From Candidatus Latescibacterota bacterium (lineage in GTDB: Bacteria > Latescibacterota > UBA2968 > UBA8231), in the NCBI GenBank assembly GCA_965215195.1, contig CBDCDC010000002.1, positions 3,200,001 through 3,264,000 on the forward strand: a stretch of DNA of 64,000 nucleotides, written 5' to 3'. How positions within the stretch are numbered: the stretch's first letter is position 1; each line of letters opens with the position of its first letter. The translations under genes were made by a program, and so were the position numbers. Under the pieces are notes generated by a model. The model was not told the origin of the DNA, made no database searches, and worked only from the letters and a program-made list of their open reading frames with translations. This document shows, piece after piece, positions 53,956-64,000 of the stretch.

Positions 53956-54435
53956 CTACTCCTCTTCCCGCACCCACGTCCCGCTTCGCCCACCCCGCTT
54001 CTCCATTAACCGCAACTCGGAAATCACCATCCCGCGATCGACGCCCTTGCACATGTCGTAAATGGTCAGCAGGGCCGTACTCGCCGCCACCAGCGCCTCC
54101 ATCTCCACCCCGGTGCGGTCGTCAATTTTGGCCTCGGCCTCAACCTCGACCCGATCCTCGCCGACGTGCAAATCCACGCGGATTGCCGTGAGGTTGAGCG
54201 GGTGGCACAAGGGAATCAGCTCCCCGGTGCGCTTGGCGGCCATGATTCCGGCCAGCCGCGCCGCTTCCAAGACGCTGCCCTTGGCGACTTTGTTCTCGGC
54301 GATTAGCCGCGCTGTCGCACAGTCCATGCGGATGTGGCCGCGCACCCGCGCCAGCCGCGCCGTCGGCACCTTGCCGCCGATATCGACCATCTTGAGGCGG
54401 CTCTGCTCGTCGAGGTGAGTCAGCGCGTCGGCCAC
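53956..54435 (-). CDS. moaC: Cyclic pyranopterin monophosphate synthase
   Basis: LTHLD...MVD, LIPLCHP, TGVEMEAL, IYDMCK, KRGGRSG. Confidence 0.96.
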   Translation of the reverse strand: MADALTHLDEQSRLKMVDIGGKVPTARLARVRGHIRMDCATARLIAENKVAKGSVLEAARLAGIMAAKRTGELIPLCHPLNLTAIRVDLHVGEDRVEVEAEAKIDDRTGVEMEALVAASTALLTIYDMCKGVDRGMVISELRLMEKRGGRSGTWVREEE

Positions 54436-55688
54436 TACATGTTCTCGATAATTGCCGTGCCGAACTCCGAGCACTTGACCTCGGTCGGCTCGTCCATCAG
54501 CCGGGCAAAGTCGTAGGTGACGACCCGGCGCGCAATCGCCTGCTCCAGCCCCTTGACGATCAGATCGGCCGCCTCGTTCCAACCCAAGTGGCGGAGCATC
54601 ATGTCGCCCGACAGGATCACCGAGCCGGGGTTGACCTTGTCTTGGCCGGCGTATTTGGGAGCGGTGCCGTGGGTGGCCTCAAAGATGGCGTGGCCCGTGG
54701 CGTAGTTGATGTTGCCGCCTGGAGCAATGCCGATGCCGCCGACGCAAGCGGCCAGCGCGTCGCTGATGTAATCGCCGTTGAGGTTCATCGTGGCGATGAC
54801 CGAGTACTCGGCCGGGCGCGTGAGGATCTGCTGCAAAAAGGCGTCGGCGATCGCGTCTTTGACGGTGATCTGGGTGCCGTCCACGACGATGCTAGTCCAA
54901 GGGCCGCCGTCGATTTCTTCGCCGCCATAGGCTTTTTGCGCCAGCTCGTAGCCCCAGTCGCGGAAGGCCCCTTCGGTGAACTTCATGATGTTGCCTTTGT
55001 GTACCAAGGTGACGCTGTCGCGGCCTTGGGCGGCGGCGTAGTCAATGGCGGCGCGGACCAGCCGCTCTGTGCCCTCTTGTGAGATCGGCTTGACGCCCAA
55101 GCCAGCGGTATCTGGAAAGCGAATTTTGCCGTAGCGATCGGCAAAGTGCTCTTGCAACAGAGCCTTAAAGCGCGTGTTGTCGTCCGTGCCCTGCTCGAAC
55201 TCGATCCCGGCGTAGATGTCTTCGGTGTTTTCGCGGAAGATGACCATATCCACCAGCTCAGGTTGCCGCACCGGCGAGGGTACGCCGCTGAAGTAGCGCA
55301 CCGGGCGCAGACATACATAGAGGTCGAGTATCTGGCGCAAAGCCACGTTGAGGCTGCGGATCCCGCCGCCGACCGGCGTCGTCAGCGGCCCCTTGATGCC
55401 GACCCGATAGGTGCTGAAGGCTTCCACCGTGGCGTCGGGCAGCCAGCTAGCGGTCTGCTCAAATGCCTTCCCGCCGGCCAAAACCTCCATCCAAGCGATC
55501 TTTCGCTGACCGCCATACGCCTTCTCGACCGCTGCGTCAAAGACGCGCACGGCCGCAGCCCATATATCTGGCCCCGTGCCGTCGCCTTCAATAAAGGGGA
55601 TGATGGGCTGGGCTGGAACGCTGAGCGCACCCTCCACTAAGGTTATTTTTTCGCCGCCTGCGGGGACCTTGGGCTGCCAATCGGCCAT
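54435..55688 (-). CDS. icd: NADP-dependent isocitrate dehydrogenase
   Basis: [51 protein letters not shown]. Confidence 0.98.
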   Translation of the reverse strand: MADWQPKVPAGGEKITLVEGALSVPAQPIIPFIEGDGTGPDIWAAAVRVFDAAVEKAYGGQRKIAWMEVLAGGKAFEQTASWLPDATVEAFSTYRVGIKGPLTTPVGGGIRSLNVALRQILDLYVCLRPVRYFSGVPSPVRQPELVDMVIFRENTEDIYAGIEFEQGTDDNTRFKALLQEHFADRYGKIRFPDTAGLGVKPISQEGTERLVRAAIDYAAAQGRDSVTLVHKGNIMKFTEGAFRDWGYELAQKAYGGEEIDGGPWTSIVVDGTQITVKDAIADAFLQQILTRPAEYSVIATMNLNGDYISDALAACVGGIGIAPGGNINYATGHAIFEATHGTAPKYAGQDKVNPGSVILSGDMMLRHLGWNEAADLIVKGLEQAIARRVVTYDFARLMDEPTEVKCSEFGTAIIENM

Positions 55689-55776
55689 AGGATGAAACTC
55701 CTCTTCTTTTGTTTTATGGAATAATCGGCCCGGTTCGACTACTGTGCTCGGGGCCTATCTGTTGCGGCTTTTGAAT

Positions 55777-56490
55777 CTAAGACTTTCGCTCGAGACGGCC
55801 AATGCAAGCGGCCAAGGCACTGCGCTCAACCTCGACCAGCTCGCAGGCGAATACGTCGGCATAGGCGCGCAAGAGTTCGGACTCAACTTCGCGCCGATCT
55901 AACGCATACCCCAAGAGCGCGGCCATCGTAGTTATCTCCTCGCTCCCCAAGCCGCAGGGCTTGATCGTTGCAAAGTGGCTCAAGTCGGTAGCCACATTCA
56001 GGGCCAAACCGTGTGTCGTGATCCAGTGCCGCACGTTGACCCCTATCGACGCCACCTTGGACGAGCCGACCCAAGCGCCCGTCAAGCCGCGCCGAGCTTC
56101 TCCCTCCAAGTTGTATGCGCCCAACGTGCGGATCAGCACGGCCTCCAAATCGCGCAAGTACTGATGTACATCCCGACCGCGCTGGCGCAGATCGACGATT
56201 GGATAGGCCACGATCTGGCCCGGCCCGTGAAAGGTCACGCTGCCCCCGCGGTCAATCGCGACCACATCTAGCCCTTTGGTCAGGAGATGCTCGGGCAGCG
56301 TCGCCCGTCCGCCGGTATAAGTTGGCGGGTGTTCGACCAACATCAGGGTGTCCGGAATTTGCTCGGCTCGCCGCAGTTGACGCAGCGACTCTTGCCAAGC
56401 CCAAGCCCGAGCGAAAGCGATCCGCCCGACTCGGCAAACGCGCGTTTCATTCATGAGTTGCTCAATGGTATCGGGATAGCTCTGTTCCAT
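55777..56490 (-). CDS. lipB: Octanoyltransferase
   Basis: EHPP.YT.G, RGGSVTFHGPGQ, KVASIG, HGLALNV, PCG. Confidence 0.96.
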   Translation of the reverse strand: MEQSYPDTIEQLMNETRVCRVGRIAFARAWAWQESLRQLRRAEQIPDTLMLVEHPPTYTGGRATLPEHLLTKGLDVVAIDRGGSVTFHGPGQIVAYPIVDLRQRGRDVHQYLRDLEAVLIRTLGAYNLEGEARRGLTGAWVGSSKVASIGVNVRHWITTHGLALNVATDLSHFATIKPCGLGSEEITTMAALLGYALDRREVESELLRAYADVFACELVEVERSALAACIGRLERKS

Positions 56491-56598
56491 TATAGAGTAA
56501 GGACCTATCCAAGGACCTCATAGTCGTCACAGATTGAATTTGTCCCGATTACCTTTCACGATGTATCTTTTAGTAAGGCAACTCCAAAGGAACCGCTC

Positions 56599-56819
56599 AT
56601 GCTCGTCAAGATCACTTCCAAGCACCAAGTCACCTTCCCTGCCAGAGTATTGGATGCGCTGGGCGTAGGGCCAGGAGGCTTGCCGCGCTCGAATCCAATG
56701 CCGGCCCCGGTCTCCTTGACCGCTTGATCGCCAATGACTATACGCGAGCAGAGCTAGAGACCCTGACGCTGGATCGGAAGATGGCGGGCCTCCCAAATGC
56801 CAACCACCTGTACGTTTGA
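56599..56819 (+). pseudogene. Internally deleted AbrB/MazE antitoxin - PIN (VapC) toxin module
   Basis: MLVKITSKHQVTFPARVLDALGVGPG (AbrB N-terminus) joined near 56678 to ..GLLDRLIANDY..LTLDRKMAGLP..* (PIN C-terminus) in another frame. Confidence 0.7.
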
Positions 56820-56895
56820 TTTCTACAGCACTACTGAGGACATCCTGAAAACAGTACCGAGCCAATGTTCCTACAGAAAGTAGGGGGATTCGACC

Positions 56896-57699
56896 ATGAA
56901 GAACGACGCCTATCCCGAGTTGACTGATCTCAAAACCCGGTTGCAGGAGCTGGAGAGCCAAGGGTACACCGTATTCCCCGATTATCTCGACCGTGACACT
57001 ACAGCCGCAGTGTGCGCTCACATCGACAGCCTCGTAGGCCCCATTGTGTCCGCCGATCATACCGCCGCTAGACACGCCCTGCGGCATCCCATTTTAGGGG
57101 CGATCATGTCTCGCCTAGTGAATAATCCTGCAACTCTCGAACTCGCTGCAACATTGATTAAGTCGCGCGATCTTCGCCTGCGCGAGCAAGTTTTCATACG
57201 CAGCGATCCTTCGCCGCCGCCATACCAAGCTCCGCAATGGCACATTGACGCGGCCTTTTGCCGCGCAGAGTTTGAAGCTAGGCCGCGACAGGTCTATTAC
57301 CAGATGCTGCATTGTTGTAGTGCGGTTTCCACCGGAGGGGCCGCGTTTATGATCGTGCCCGGCTCCCATCGGTTATCTCTCGCAGCCAGCGATAAAGCAG
57401 AGCGCGAAAGAGGACGGCAGCCCATCCAGAATCACACCGCCTTAGTCCCCGAAGCAAATGACGACGACGGCATTGAAATTTGTGCCAACGATGGAGATCT
57501 CATCGTCTTTAATCCCCTGTGTTATCACGCCAGCTCTCCCAACCAGACCGATCGGCCCCGCTACGTATATTTCACCTCGTTTTATCACCCCTCAGCGGCT
57601 CGCCTAGTGGAACTGGTGCGCCGAACCAAGTACCGCGACAACTTTCCCGACTCATTGCGCCAAGGCTTGCCGCCCGAGCTTCAGAGCTTGCTCGATTAG
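56896..57699 (+). CDS. Phytanoyl-CoA dioxygenase (PhyH) family 2-OG/Fe(II) dioxygenase
   Basis: WHID, VPGSH, GD...FN...YH....N....R. Confidence 0.9.
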   Translation: MKNDAYPELTDLKTRLQELESQGYTVFPDYLDRDTTAAVCAHIDSLVGPIVSADHTAARHALRHPILGAIMSRLVNNPATLELAATLIKSRDLRLREQVFIRSDPSPPPYQAPQWHIDAAFCRAEFEARPRQVYYQMLHCCSAVSTGGAAFMIVPGSHRLSLAASDKAERERGRQPIQNHTALVPEANDDDGIEICANDGDLIVFNPLCYHASSPNQTDRPRYVYFTSFYHPSAARLVELVRRTKYRDNFPDSLRQGLPPELQSLLD

Positions 57700-57768
57700 C
57701 ATTCAGTACGCCACCTGCACCACCCCTGCTGTACTCCTTTGGGTGTGGACAACAAGGAGATAGAAGCT

Positions 57769-60700
57769 ATGAACGCACGGAGCCAGCAGGTTGTGAATTT
57801 GGTGACTGGAGGTCTCCTCGGGCTGGTGTTGTTGAGCGGGCGGAGCGAGGCGATAGCACCTGAGCCGCAGATCGAAGGCTGGGTGCGGCTGGCCTCCGGG
57901 CAGCTGGCGGCCGGAGTGCAGGTACGGCTTTTCGATCTGACCGATCCGCGCCGCTCAGTCGGCACCACTGCAAATGAGGAAGGGTACTTCGCGCTGGCCG
58001 CTCCTCGTCCAGTCGATGCCCGCCCTCAAGGCTTCGCACTACTACAGAACTATCCCAATCCGTTCAATCCTTCCACGATTATCCCCTACCAGCTTTCGGA
58101 ACCGACTCACGTGCGGCTGGAGGTCTTCAATGTGCTTGGGCAGCACATCGCGACCTTGGTAGATCGGGAACAGCCGGCTGGCTGGTACACGGCGACTTGG
58201 CACGGCACAGATGCAGCCGGTCGCGCTGTGGCGGCGGGGGTTTATCTCTATCGCATCAGTGGGACCGGGCCGAGTGAGACCCGGCGGATGGTGCTCGTCG
58301 ATGGTCCGGTCCATGCTCTGGGAGCGATGGTCGCTGCCGAGCCTCCGACGAGATCGGCGGCACCCGAGCCGATCTACGGGCTGACCGTTTCGGGACGCGA
58401 TGTGGTCACCCATGTGGACCCGAATTTCCAAGCCGACGTCGGGCTGGTGGAGATCGTGGTCGAAGCGCGCATCAGCGCCGCCAGCCCGGCCGCGATAAAG
58501 GTGACCACAAGTGCCAGAATCTGGGGCGACGTCGACGCCAATAGCCAAGTTGACATTTTTGACGCGCTGCTAGTGGGATTGTACAGCCTCGATCCCTCGA
58601 TCACCATCCCAAACGATGGCGACATCGCCCTAGGGGATGTAAACCGCGACGGTCGCATCGACATCACCGACGCTTATCTCATCGCCACCTATAGCGTCAA
58701 TCCGACCGACCCCTCGCTGCCGGCGGGGATCGGCACCCCGGTGGTGGTTGTCGCCGAGGGCAAGATGTACTGGGTGGACCGGATGACGGCTAAGATCCAG
58801 CGGGCCAACCTAGATGGGTCCCAAGTCGAGGCCCTCGTCACCACCGGGTTGGAGGAGCCGACGGACCTCGCTTTGGATTTAGACGCAGGCAAGATGTACT
58901 GGGTGGACCGGCTGACGGACAAGATCCAGCGGGCGAACTTAGACGGGTCCCAAGTCGAAGACCTCGTCACTGGACTGGGCACTATCTGGAGCCTAGCTCT
59001 GGATATCGCTGGAGAAAAGATGTACTGGACGGACGAGGATTGGCGGGGGCAAAAGATCCAGCGGGCGAACTTAGACGGGTCCCAAGTCGAAGACCTCGTC
59101 ACTATCGGATTATTTCAGATAGCTGGTCTGGCCTTGGACGTCGCTGGAGGAAAGATGTACTGGACGGACTACGGAACGAGTAAAATCCATAGGGCGAACT
59201 TGGACGGCTCACGGGTTGAAGCCCTCGTAACCACCGGATTGGCAAGCCCATGGGACTTGGCACTGGACTTGGCCGGAGGGAAGATGTACTGGACGGACTA
59301 CGGAACGGATAAAATCCATAGGGCGAACTTAGACGGCTCGCAGGTCGAAGAACTTCTCAGCATGCCCGACAATCCAAGTGCCCTCGTCTTGGTGCTTTCC
59401 GAAAAGAAGATGTACTGGACGGAAGGCGCTTGGTCGGATGTGAGCAATGGCAGGATCCTCCGGGCCAACCTCGACGGCTCGCAGGTCGAAGAACTCCTCG
59501 CCACCGGACTGCGCGTTCCACGGGGTCTAGCCCTAGATTTGGCCGACCTGCCTGAAATCAAAGTGAATCGTCCGCCGGTACTGGACGGCATCGGCAAGCA
59601 GAGTGTTGCAGAGGGAGAACTCCTGCACATCGACTTGGTCGCCCGCGATCCCGAAGGGGATGAGGTCGCCTATGAGGCACAATCCTACGCCCCTAGCGTG
59701 GCGACGGTGAGCGTGTCCGGCCGCCAGTTGACGATCAGCCCAGTAGAACTGGGCGTCGCCACGATAGCGGTGACGGCGAGTGATGCCAGCGGCGCGACCA
59801 CCACGCAGACCTTTACGATGAAAGTGACGGCACCCGTACCTGAGAGCCAAGGTAAGATGTACTGGACGGATTGGGAAACGGACAAGATCCAGCGCGCCAA
59901 CCTCGACGGCTCCCAAGTCGAAGACCTCGTCACCAACGGATTGGATTATCCAAGCGGCTTGGCTCTGGATGTGGCCGGGGGAAAGATGTACTGGGTGGAT
60001 GCAGGAACGGACAAGATTCAGCGCGCCAACCTCGACGGCTCCCAAGTCGAAGACCTCGTCACCAACGGATTGTTCGTTCCAAGAAACTTGGCCTTGGATG
60101 TGGCCGGGGGAAAGATGTATTGGACGGACGAGGACTGGACCGAGGGCAGGATTCAGCGCGCCAACCTCGATGGCTCCCAAGTCGAAGACCTCCTAACCGA
60201 AGTGAGCAGTCCGGCAGGCCTTGCTCTGGACTTGGCCGGAGGCAAGATGTACTGGACGGACACCGGCAACTCTAACATCGGACGGACGAACCTCGACGGC
60301 TCGCAGGTCGAAATCCTCGTCACCCGATCATTGAACACTCCGCGGGCCCTAGCCCTCAACTTGGCCGGAGGCAAGATATACTGGACGGACTTGGGCACGC
60401 TCAGGATGCAGCGCGCCAACCTCGACGGCTCCCAAGTCGAAGACGTGATCGTCTCTGGATTAGGGCATCCAACAATGGGCCTAGCCCTCGACTTGGCCGG
60501 AGACAAGATATACTGGACGGACTTGGGCACGAAAGATATCCGACGCGCCAACCTCGACGGTACGCGGATCGAAGATCTCGTCACCGGATTGAGCGAACCG
60601 GTGGGCTTGGCCTTAGAAATCGTCGCCCCAGACTTAGTGGTCACGTCGCCTTCGGCGAACCCGCCCAACCCAGCCCCAAGTCAATCCTTCACTTTGTCGG

Positions 60701-60978
60701 TCGCGATCCACAACCGGGGTAACGCCCCGGCACCACCGACGACGGTGCTCTACTATCTCTCTACCGACTCGACGATCACCACCGACGACACCGAGGTGGG
60801 CACAGGCACGGTGAGCGAATTGACCGCCCCAAACACTACGTTCAAATTGATCCGGCTGACAGCACCGTCGAGTTCGGGGACCTACTACTACGGTGCCTGT
60901 GTACAGCCCGTCAGCGGCGAGAGCGATAGCCAGAACAACTGCTCTTCAGCTAGCGAGGTCTTCGTAGTGGCTCAATGA
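57769..60978 (+). CDS. Secreted multidomain protein: FlgD-Ig, dockerin-like, two 6-bladed YWTD (LDL-receptor class B) propellers, cadherin-like Ig, CARDB
   Basis: Signal peptide; NYPNPFNP; GDVD.N..VD..D and GDVNRDG.ID..D; 12 K(M/I)YW(T/V)(D/E) repeats; NRPP..D.EGD; PDLVV..YYYGACV..ESD..NNCS. Confidence 0.9.
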   Translation: MNARSQQVVNLVTGGLLGLVLLSGRSEAIAPEPQIEGWVRLASGQLAAGVQVRLFDLTDPRRSVGTTANEEGYFALAAPRPVDARPQGFALLQNYPNPFNPSTIIPYQLSEPTHVRLEVFNVLGQHIATLVDREQPAGWYTATWHGTDAAGRAVAAGVYLYRISGTGPSETRRMVLVDGPVHALGAMVAAEPPTRSAAPEPIYGLTVSGRDVVTHVDPNFQADVGLVEIVVEARISAASPAAIKVTTSARIWGDVDANSQVDIFDALLVGLYSLDPSITIPNDGDIALGDVNRDGRIDITDAYLIATYSVNPTDPSLPAGIGTPVVVVAEGKMYWVDRMTAKIQRANLDGSQVEALVTTGLEEPTDLALDLDAGKMYWVDRLTDKIQRANLDGSQVEDLVTGLGTIWSLALDIAGEKMYWTDEDWRGQKIQRANLDGSQVEDLVTIGLFQIAGLALDVAGGKMYWTDYGTSKIHRANLDGSRVEALVTTGLASPWDLALDLAGGKMYWTDYGTDKIHRANLDGSQVEELLSMPDNPSALVLVLSEKKMYWTEGAWSDVSNGRILRANLDGSQVEELLATGLRVPRGLALDLADLPEIKVNRPPVLDGIGKQSVAEGELLHIDLVARDPEGDEVAYEAQSYAPSVATVSVSGRQLTISPVELGVATIAVTASDASGATTTQTFTMKVTAPVPESQGKMYWTDWETDKIQRANLDGSQVEDLVTNGLDYPSGLALDVAGGKMYWVDAGTDKIQRANLDGSQVEDLVTNGLFVPRNLALDVAGGKMYWTDEDWTEGRIQRANLDGSQVEDLLTEVSSPAGLALDLAGGKMYWTDTGNSNIGRTNLDGSQVEILVTRSLNTPRALALNLAGGKIYWTDLGTLRMQRANLDGSQVEDVIVSGLGHPTMGLALDLAGDKIYWTDLGTKDIRRANLDGTRIEDLVTGLSEPVGLALEIVAPDLVVTSPSANPPNPAPSQSFTLSVAIHNRGNAPAPPTTVLYYLSTDSTITTDDTEVGTGTVSELTAPNTTFKLIRLTAPSSSGTYYYGACVQPVSGESDSQNNCSSASEVFVVAQ

Positions 60979-61062
60979 CATAGCGGCTCCCTTGTCCACA
61001 CCCGCGACGGATTACTTCCGCTCCCAATAGACCACCCCACCGCGCCGATCCTCGCCCGTGCC

Positions 61063-61091
61063 TTGCACAAAAACGGTGCAATTTCTATATT
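61063..61091 (+). promoter_or_regulatory. Sigma-70-like promoter of groEL
   Basis: TTGCAC-17 nt-TATATT. Confidence 0.55.
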
Positions 61092-61111
61092 TGACAGTTC
61101 AGCTTTGTTTT

Positions 61112-62840
<1,729 letters not shown>

Positions 62841-62858
62841 CCCTTCTGTCGCAAATAG

Positions 62859-62895
62859 AAAAGGCTCGCTGCTTCTTTGGCAGCGAGCCTTTTTT
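62859..62895. terminator. Bidirectional intrinsic terminator
   Basis: AAAAGGCTCGCTGC..GCAGCGAGCCTTTTTT. Confidence 0.88.
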
Positions 62896-62909
62896 CGTTT
62901 TTCCCTTTC

Positions 62910-63659
62910 TCACATCCACAATCTGTAGAGCAAGGGGTCGCGGAACTGTCCATCCTCTTGGACGGCGTAGTGCAATCCCGGCCTCCGAGCTCCACGTCCC
63001 TCGTCCAAGAGAGCGATGGACTGCCCCTTGAGCACGTAGTCCCCCACTTCGACGAGCAGGCGAGCGTTGTATCCGTATTGAGTCAGCAGACCATTGCCGT
63101 GGTCGAGCATCACTACGTAGCCGAGGTCCTCGTCGTAGCCCGCCTGCAGCACTTGGCCCGCGGCACTGGCCCTTACCAAGCTACCCGCGGCCGCAGCAAT
63201 AACAACCGAGGGCTCCTCCTCGCTAAAGGGCCTGAGCACGGACCCGCGCAGCGGCCACCAGGTGGGGACGGTCTGCACGTGGCCCCAACGCAGCCGCTGC
63301 ATGGAGGAGATATAAGGCGGATCATCGCTGCGCTGCGCCGCCTCGTCCAATGCCTCGGGCTTGCCTAAAATGGCGCGCAGTTGGTCGTTGCCGCGCTTGA
63401 GCTGGACCAGCATTTTTTCGAGCCGATCTATCTGGCCTACTTGCTCCTCGAGCAGGGCCTTGTCCTGCTCGAGTTGTGCCACCTTCTGCACTAGCCCGCG
63501 CCTGTCGAAATAGGAGCTAAGCCCCATGGGCAAGAGCACGATCAAGGCGACGCTGCACAACCCCAGCAACCACACAAGTGCGCCGGAGATCTTAAATTCA
63601 AAGGTCTTGCGACCCTTTTCTGGAACGACGATTACGGTAATGTTGTTGCGCTTGAACAT
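62910..63659 (-). CDS. Membrane-anchored coiled-coil + M23/LytM domain protein, degenerate active site
   Basis: TM helix, coiled coil, WPL.G, A.G.V, DHGNG..T.YG, LHY.V...G...DP. Confidence 0.85.
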   Translation of the reverse strand: MFKRNNITVIVVPEKGRKTFEFKISGALVWLLGLCSVALIVLLPMGLSSYFDRRGLVQKVAQLEQDKALLEEQVGQIDRLEKMLVQLKRGNDQLRAILGKPEALDEAAQRSDDPPYISSMQRLRWGHVQTVPTWWPLRGSVLRPFSEEEPSVVIAAAAGSLVRASAAGQVLQAGYDEDLGYVVMLDHGNGLLTQYGYNARLLVEVGDYVLKGQSIALLDEGRGARRPGLHYAVQEDGQFRDPLLYRLWM

Positions 63660-63828
63660 TGGTGTTTTCGCCAGCGACAAAACCTCGGCTATTTTCTTAG
63701 GTCAATATATCCTTTGGCAACCATAATACCAATCATCCTCCACGCGCTCCCATGTCGCGGTCGCTTGGCATCTCGTGCCGGTCCGTTTTCGCCCGTAGGA
63801 CGAATCAACCCTAAATTCAATATATTTT

Positions 63829-64000
63829 ATGTCCGACAAAAACAATAGATCGTCCGTGTCGCCATTCTGCCTCTTGCCCTTAGCCCTGTGCCTGCTCGTG
63901 CCATTCAGTAGCCCCATTCGCGCCGAGCACCTCGTTATGACTTCGGCGGATATATGGGAACACTGGGTCTATCCCCCCGGCGTCCTGCGCCTAGATGAAG
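63829..64000 (+). CDS. 5' part of a secreted protein (runs off the window)
   Basis: Open frame MSDKNNRSSVSPFCLLPLALCLLV..IRAEHLV.. with signal-like N-terminus. Confidence 0.55.
   Translation, partial: MSDKNNRSSVSPFCLLPLALCLLVPFSSPIRAEHLVMTSADIWEHWVYPPGVLRLDE

Noticed and set aside
56527-57087. 186 aa minus-strand ORF
   Set aside because: Antisense to PhyH and the TA remnant; no recognisable motifs.
58760-60620. Approximately 129-bp periodic repeats as CRISPR or DGR template
   Set aside because: They are in-frame YWTD coding repeats; no reverse transcriptase, and no adenine-specific variation was apparent.

Overview
GC-rich bacterial chromosomal window. Long FCB-type SecA, tandem PorV/PorQ-like barrels, FlgD-Ig domains and LDL-receptor YWTD proteins suggest a Latescibacterota-like, possibly sponge-associated organism (inference). 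About 13.9-56.5 kb is mostly intact core genes: S55 peptidase-propeller-ribD-ribE-ribBA-ribH-nusB, secA, GT2, purC, rhaB, a sigma-70 factor, a PorV/S2P/lipoprotein envelope cluster, tgt, yajC, fmt, tRNA-Ala(GGC), mfd, two PPIases, nrnA, argF, moaC, icd and lipB. Then come a stand-alone groEL with a CIRCE-like operator and a degenerate M23 protein. Accessory patches lie at 1-13 kb and 56.5-61 kb. They hold a Dam-family methylase with a frameshifted SacI-family nuclease, a catabolic cluster, an AAA/PD-(D/E)XK protein and four toxin-antitoxin modules whose toxin is truncated or missing. They also hold frameshifted TPR and YWTD genes, a GTAG-type REP palindrome at a gene breakpoint, and a large YWTD surface-protein gene bracketed by inverted copies of its own 5' leader. 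No CRISPR array, rRNA, integrase or transposase was seen. All family calls come from motif recognition, not database searches.
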